Source of the DNA: Candidatus Cloacimonadota bacterium | GTDB taxonomy: Bacteria > Cloacimonadota > Cloacimonadia > Cloacimonadales > WRIO01 | Reading direction: 5' to 3' | Assembly: GCA_029564175.1 (NCBI GenBank) | Contig: JAKQQL010000387.1 | Location: 1 to 11,966, forward strand | DNA length: 11,966 nucleotides | Shown here: one piece after another, positions 7,865-11,966 of the stretch | Layout of the letters: every line of letters begins with the position of its first letter | How positions within the stretch are numbered: position 1 is the first letter of the stretch | The notes under the pieces: model-generated | What the model saw: only the letters and a program-made list of their open reading frames with translations | What the model was told of the DNA's origin: nothing | Databases searched by the model: none | Program-made: the position numbers and the translations under genes

Positions 7865-8437
7865 ATGAATCGTTTTGCATTGTACTTACGTGTATCAACA
7901 CTTGACCAGACAAATGAAAATCAAAAGGTCAAATTAATTGAATATGCCAATCACAAGGGATATGAATTCGATGTTTTTGAGGAAATGGAAAGTACAAGAC
8001 GAACCAGACCAGTCAAACAAGTCCTGCTTCAGAAACTGCGTAACGGAGAATATGCAGGTGTCATCGTTCACAAAATTGACCGTTGGGCACGCTCAAGCAC
8101 CGAGTTAATATTGGAAATCAAAGAATTAGTAGATAAAGGCATAACATTTATTTCGGTGAGTGATAATCTTGATTTCAGCACTGCAACAGGACGACTGCAT
8201 TTTCATATTCTGGCAATTTTTGCGGAATTTGAAAGGTCTCTCATTTCTGAACGGACAAAACTTGCGCTAAGGCGGAAAAAGGAAGTTGAAGGGGTTCGAC
8301 TCGGACGACCAAAAGGTTCAAAGGATAAAAAAGAAAGACGAAAATCAGGCTACATCCTGCGACATGCCCGTGAAAAACAGGAAATGGATTCCAGAAATGG
8401 TATCAAAAAACCGATTGATGAGTACATTAATGCCTGA
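7865..8437 (+). CDS. Small serine recombinase (resolvase/invertase family)
   Basis: ALYLRVSTLDQ (catalytic S11), KIDRWARS, DFSTATGRLHFHILAIFAEFERSLISERT and GVRLGRP. Confidence 0.95.
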   Translation: MNRFALYLRVSTLDQTNENQKVKLIEYANHKGYEFDVFEEMESTRRTRPVKQVLLQKLRNGEYAGVIVHKIDRWARSSTELILEIKELVDKGITFISVSDNLDFSTATGRLHFHILAIFAEFERSLISERTKLALRRKKEVEGVRLGRPKGSKDKKERRKSGYILRHAREKQEMDSRNGIKKPIDEYINA

Positions 8438-8468
8438 CATTTTTTTAAATAAAAGTGGGTAAATAATT

Positions 8469-8495
8469 AAGGGGTTGCGAAACCCCTTGTTTTTT
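8469..8495 (+). terminator. Rho-independent terminator after the recombinase
   Basis: Perfect 8-bp stem AAGGGGTT/AACCCCTT with a GCGA tetraloop, followed by GTTTTTT. Confidence 0.85.
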
Positions 8496-8625
8496 GTACA
8501 AACCTCCCCTGCACTGTGGGGTAAGAATAAACGTCCGTTTTTTTATATCAAAATAGAATGGGAAATATAATTTTGTTATCTTGAAAGGTAATGTTTGATT
8601 AAAAAGTCGTCAAATTACATAGAAA

Positions 8626-10629
8626 ATGAGTAAAATAAATATTCAGGGAACAATTGATAACATTAAGAGCAGGTCTAATGTGTATTCTCCCCTCGTAGAA
8701 GCCGTGGTAAATTCCATCGAGGCAATAGATGAAACAACAAATAAAAACAAGGGAAAGATTATCATCTCTGTAATCAGAGATAATGTCCTCAAATTTGATG
8801 GTATATTATCAGAAATAATAGGATTTGAAATTCAAGATAACGGAGTTGGTTTTACCCAGATTCATCGAGATTCTTTTGATACATTTTATAGTGATACAAA
8901 AAAGAATATCGGGGGTAAAGGATTTGGAAGATTCATGTACATAAAATATTTCAATGAGGTCAAGATTGAAAGTGTTTTTAAGGATGGTAAAGTTTTTAAA
9001 TTAAGGAAATTTTCATTTGGAAAAGACTATGATATTATTAAGGATGAGACAATTGAAGAAGTAGAAGCAAAATCAACCAAGACCACCCTTTTTCTAAAGC
9101 ATTTAAAAGACGTAAAAATTCCTGATAAAGGACTTGATACTATCGCAAGAAAGTTACTTGAAAGGATACTTAACTTTTTTGTGAATGGGAACAACAATTG
9201 CCCAACAATTATTCTGAAAGAAAAGAATACTGATGACGGGAGAATAATATTAAACGATTACATTATTCAAAATAAAGATATTCAGTTAATTAACAGTTCA
9301 ACAATAACTCTTTCTTCACAAATTGATGGCTATATTGAAAAATTTACTATTACGACATTTAAAATATATTTTTCTGGTAACCATAAAAGTCGAATAAGCC
9401 TTACAGCACACAAGAGAGAAGTTACAGAGACACCGTTATCTTACTACATACCAGAATTTGAAGATGATTTTTTTGATGAGTTTGAAAGAAATGACGGAAA
9501 AATAACCAAGAATTATATTATAAAAGCCTATGTGTCAGGTGAATATTTAAACAGGACTGTTTCTTTGGAGAGAGAAACCTTCAATTTTGACAAAAATGTA
9601 TCAGATAAATTTTATCCGTTATCACAAAGTGAAATAGAAAAGGAAGTAGCATTAGAAGTAAAAAAACTATTTACCGATGAGGTAAAAATGAGAGTCGAAA
9701 AGAAAGTTAATAGAATTCATGAATACGTAAATTCTTCTGCCCCTTGGCACAAAGTTTATTTAAAAGATTTGGATTTCAATGATTTTCCCTACAATCTTCC
9801 AGATGAAAAAATTGAGATTGAGTTGCAAAAGATTAAGTTTAATAAAGAGATTGTAACAAAATCAGACATTCAAAGAATAATGCAAAGTGGTGACGATGAG
9901 TTCAATCAAAAATTTCAAGATGTCATACAGAGAATTACCGAAGTAGGAAAAATTGACCTTGCCCATTATGTAGCAAACAGGAAGATTGTTATAGACCTTT
10001 TTTTTGAATTGCTTAAAAGAAAGGAAGATGGCAAATCAGAACTCGAAAAAGAGGTGCATAATTTAATTTTCCCGATGGGAAAAGATTCAACTGAAGTTAA
10101 TTATGAGGAGCATAATCTTTGGCTTTTGGATGAAAGGTTAGTTTTCTCCGATTATGTTGCCTCGGATAAAAAAATTTCAGCAGGAAAAGCATCTGGTGAG
10201 CCTGATTTAATAATCTTTGATAGAAAAAGAGTATTTCGCCTTGGCGATAATGAATTTTCAAACCCGATTACAATATTCGAATTTAAAAGACCAAAGAGAG
10301 AAGCATATGGTGCAGATGATGACCCTGTTATCCAGATTTGCAAGTACCTTGATGAAATCAGGAATGGGAAATATGAGACACCTGATGGAGTGGAAAAAAT
10401 AAAGGTTAGTGATTGTACACCTGTTTATGGTTACATTATTTGTGACATAACTCCTAAAATTCAAGAATTCGCAAAGAATGCTTCATTGACTTTGAGTCCC
10501 GATAAAGAAGGATATTTTGGATACCATGTTGGGTATAAGATGTATATGGAAATTATAAGTTTTAAAAAATTGTTATCAGATGCAAGGCTCAGGAACAAGA
10601 TTTTCTTTAAAAAATTGAATATTGAATGA
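8626..10629 (+). CDS. GHKL (HATPase_c/MORC-like) ATPase fused to a C-terminal PD-(D/E)xK nuclease-like domain
   Basis: Bergerat-fold motifs EAVVNSIEA (E25/N29), IQDNGVGF and GGKGFGRF. The C-terminus has EPDLIIF (D527), IFEFKRP (E552/K554) and QICKY (Q570-Y574), preceded by HNLWLLDERL. No His-phosphoacceptor or transmembrane segment is seen. Confidence 0.8.
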   Translation: MSKINIQGTIDNIKSRSNVYSPLVEAVVNSIEAIDETTNKNKGKIIISVIRDNVLKFDGILSEIIGFEIQDNGVGFTQIHRDSFDTFYSDTKKNIGGKGFGRFMYIKYFNEVKIESVFKDGKVFKLRKFSFGKDYDIIKDETIEEVEAKSTKTTLFLKHLKDVKIPDKGLDTIARKLLERILNFFVNGNNNCPTIILKEKNTDDGRIILNDYIIQNKDIQLINSSTITLSSQIDGYIEKFTITTFKIYFSGNHKSRISLTAHKREVTETPLSYYIPEFEDDFFDEFERNDGKITKNYIIKAYVSGEYLNRTVSLERETFNFDKNVSDKFYPLSQSEIEKEVALEVKKLFTDEVKMRVEKKVNRIHEYVNSSAPWHKVYLKDLDFNDFPYNLPDEKIEIELQKIKFNKEIVTKSDIQRIMQSGDDEFNQKFQDVIQRITEVGKIDLAHYVANRKIVIDLFFELLKRKEDGKSELEKEVHNLIFPMGKDSTEVNYEEHNLWLLDERLVFSDYVASDKKISAGKASGEPDLIIFDRKRVFRLGDNEFSNPITIFEFKRPKREAYGADDDPVIQICKYLDEIRNGKYETPDGVEKIKVSDCTPVYGYIICDITPKIQEFAKNASLTLSPDKEGYFGYHVGYKMYMEIISFKKLLSDARLRNKIFFKKLNIE

Positions 10630-10743
10630 ATAAATATTATTTAACAGATGAATCCATAAGTCCTTCATGAAGTGTCTTTGTTAACTTATCTTTTCTCATT
10701 TATATCCATGAGATTTTGTGAAAAAATTATTGTCACTTTTCAG

Positions 10744-11073
10744 TCAACCTGAATAAATTGTATGAATATCTGCAAGAGTCCACAACCACATCGTCCCATC
10801 ATATTCCATATTAGCTGACAGAAAATATTCCTTTTTGCTTTCCAATTCTTGTACGAAAAGTGAAACAACGCCATCTTCTTCATGAAAATCAAGAAGTCGT
10901 ATGGCTGCAATATGTTTTCCTGAAATCTTTTTCTCAAGCAAAAGATATGGCATATGTCGGGTCAAAATTTTGTTCTTGGTCAGAATAAAATGCAGGTCAA
11001 TAAATAATGAGTCTGGTGGGAAAGATTTCAGTACTCTCCTTCCCGAATTGTTGATGTACTCCAAGTCATTCAT
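10744..11073 (-). CDS. Hypothetical protein (109 aa)
   Basis: ATG-initiated ORF with a 4-nt ATGA overlap with the upstream 133-aa ORF. Globular, beta-rich-looking composition. Confidence 0.65.
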   Translation of the reverse strand: MNDLEYINNSGRRVLKSFPPDSLFIDLHFILTKNKILTRHMPYLLLEKKISGKHIAAIRLLDFHEEDGVVSLFVQELESKKEYFLSANMEYDGTMWLWTLADIHTIYSG

Positions 11074-11471
11074 GGTAACTCATTTTCAAGTTCAAGAAGT
11101 TCATTATCAATGAAATCATAGACCATTTCTTTATACATCATATCCTCGATGTCGAGCCAGTTTATCAGAAATAACTGTGGATGTTTATTATTTATGTCCA
11201 GACTGATTTCAGCATAGTTCCCAGTCAAAGGATTTGAAAATGACAGCCGAATATTGCTGTTTTCGTAATCAACATCATCAAGACGGTATACCCCAAAGCC
11301 AGTTTCATTCACAACCAGATATAATTGTCCCAGTCCCAGACCCATATGTTCTTGACGGTTTAAGATAAATTGCAGGTGTTTATATCGCTCAGGATTAAGT
11401 TCCATGTCGGTTATGAGTTCATCCATTGTTGCTGGAACATGATAAATGTCTTTATGAGGTCTGGTCTTCAT
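11070..11471 (-). CDS. Hypothetical protein (133 aa)
   Basis: ATG preceded by an A-rich stretch, with an acidic C-terminus. Translationally coupled to the downstream ORF. Confidence 0.7.
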   Translation of the reverse strand: MKTRPHKDIYHVPATMDELITDMELNPERYKHLQFILNRQEHMGLGLGQLYLVVNETGFGVYRLDDVDYENSNIRLSFSNPLTGNYAEISLDINNKHPQLFLINWLDIEDMMYKEMVYDFIDNELLELENELP

Positions 11472-11709
11472 TTTGCGATTAGTATATTGTACAGATACCC
11501 TACCCCCACCGTAACCCGCCCTATGGGGCAGTCCCCCGTGGTAGTGCCAAAATAAGCCGCTGGTGGAGCGGATGTTTCTGCTCTTATCTTTATTATAAAT
11601 ACAGAAAAAACTGAATTCTGGTCAAGATTCAGGTCTCGAAATAACTCTTTGAATGAAAAATTTTAAAAAAAATTTTGGAAAAATCTGAAAAGTGTCGAGC
11701 ATCATTTTA

Positions 11710-11731
11710 TATTGCAAATTTTATTGCAAAT
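11710..11731. repeat. Tandem 10-bp direct repeat TATTGCAAAT x2 (12-bp period), possible integrase arm-type sites
   Basis: TATTGCAAAT at 11710-11719 and 11722-11731, about 70-90 bp beyond the tRNA 3' end. Confidence 0.55.
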
Positions 11732-11765
11732 AAAAAAAGACTCGCAACAGTCAATTTTGCAAGTC
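11732..11765 (-). terminator. Rho-independent terminator downstream of tRNA-Gly
   Basis: Minus-strand stem GACTTGCAA...TTGCGAGTC (one G-U pair) followed by T7. Confidence 0.65.
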
Positions 11766-11798
11766 CTTTTATATGCCTGATTGTCAGGTCTTTTTTTG

Positions 11799-11871
11799 AG
11801 CGGGAAAAGGGATTCGAACCCTCGGCCCTCAGCTTGGGAAGCTGATGCTCTACCGACTGAGCTATTCCCGC
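11799..11871 (-). tRNA. tRNA-Gly(CCC)
   Basis: Reverse complement is GCGGGAATAGCTCAGTCGGTAGAGCATCAGCTTCCCAAGCTGAGGGCCGAGGGTTCGAATCCCTTTTCCCGCT, 73 nt. Acceptor stem GCGGGAA/TTCCCGC, anticodon arm TCAGC-TTCCCAA-GCTGA, T-loop TTCGAAT, discriminator U73. CCA is not encoded. Confidence 0.97.
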
Positions 11872-11874
11872 CTA

Positions 11875-11964
11875 TTATTCCTTATCCCCTTCCAATTCCT
11901 TCTCTCTGAGCCTCGCATGGAAGTTGAAACTTTCATGGTTCGTGAGCTCTTCATCCAACTCCCT
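11875..11964 (-). CDS. 3' end of an upstream CDS (truncated by window edge), product unknown
   Basis: Open minus-strand frame from the window edge, RELDEELTNHESFNFHARLREKELEGDKE, then TAA TAG. It ends 3 nt before the tRNA 5' end. Confidence 0.5.
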   Translation of the reverse strand, partial: RELDEELTNHESFNFHARLREKELEGDKE

Positions 11965-11966
11965 CT

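Larger units (their letters stand above)
1..11798. mobile_element. Probable tRNA-Gly-integrated genomic (defence) island; left boundary outside window
   Basis: Cargo of RM, Abi, nuclease-ATPase, resolvase and XRE genes directly downstream of a tRNA 3' end with att-like repeats. No integrase or duplicated tRNA 3' end is visible in the window. Confidence 0.55.

Noticed and set aside
1650..8437. Phase-variable hsdS shufflon driven by the serine recombinase
   Set aside because: There is only one complete hsdS, and I found no silent or inverted TRD cassettes or long inverted repeats in the window. The recombinase is 5 kb away in a separate transcription unit.
7865..8437. IS607-family transposase TnpA
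   Set aside because: There is no N-terminal MerR-like HTH before the catalytic domain and no adjacent tnpB.
8506..8544. Small hairpins CCCC-N8-GGGG and AAACG-TC-CGTTT downstream of the recombinase terminator
   Set aside because: Stems of 4-5 bp are within chance expectation, and there is no evidence for a distinct RNA element.
8626..10629. Sensor histidine kinase partnering the phosphatase
   Set aside because: The ATPase domain is N-terminal, with no H-box, transmembrane sensor or response regulator. The C-terminus carries nuclease motifs.
10152..11555. ORFs 10152-10343, 10217-10402, 10258-10464, 10740-10937, 10901-11113 and 11370-11555
   Set aside because: They overlap better-supported CDSs in other frames or strands and have no recognisable features.

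Overview
This AT-rich window looks Bacteroidota-like, with TAnnTTTG promoter boxes and no obvious Shine-Dalgarno sites. It appears to be a defence-rich genomic island abutting the 3' end of a tRNA-Gly(CCC). The left half is a Type I restriction-modification operon (hsdM-hsdS-hsdR, EcoR124I/EcoprrI-like order) carrying two embedded passengers. The first is a small CX5R cysteine phosphatase (DSP/PTP superfamily) wedged tightly between hsdM and hsdS. The second is an AbiF/AbiD-like HEPN RNase between hsdS and hsdR, preceded by its own promoter and a short hairpin RNA with a U-tract. The right half holds two XRE-HTH genes, a divergent promoter with paired operators, a small ORF and a serine resolvase with no obvious C-terminal HTH. 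These are followed by a stand-alone GHKL-ATPase/PD-(D/E)xK nuclease fusion, two coupled and possibly paralogous unknown ORFs, att-like repeats, the tRNA, and the tail of an upstream CDS. The best candidate for a new system is the Type I RM operon with both a phosphatase and an RNA-regulated HEPN toxin. All calls come from reading motifs by eye; no searches were run.
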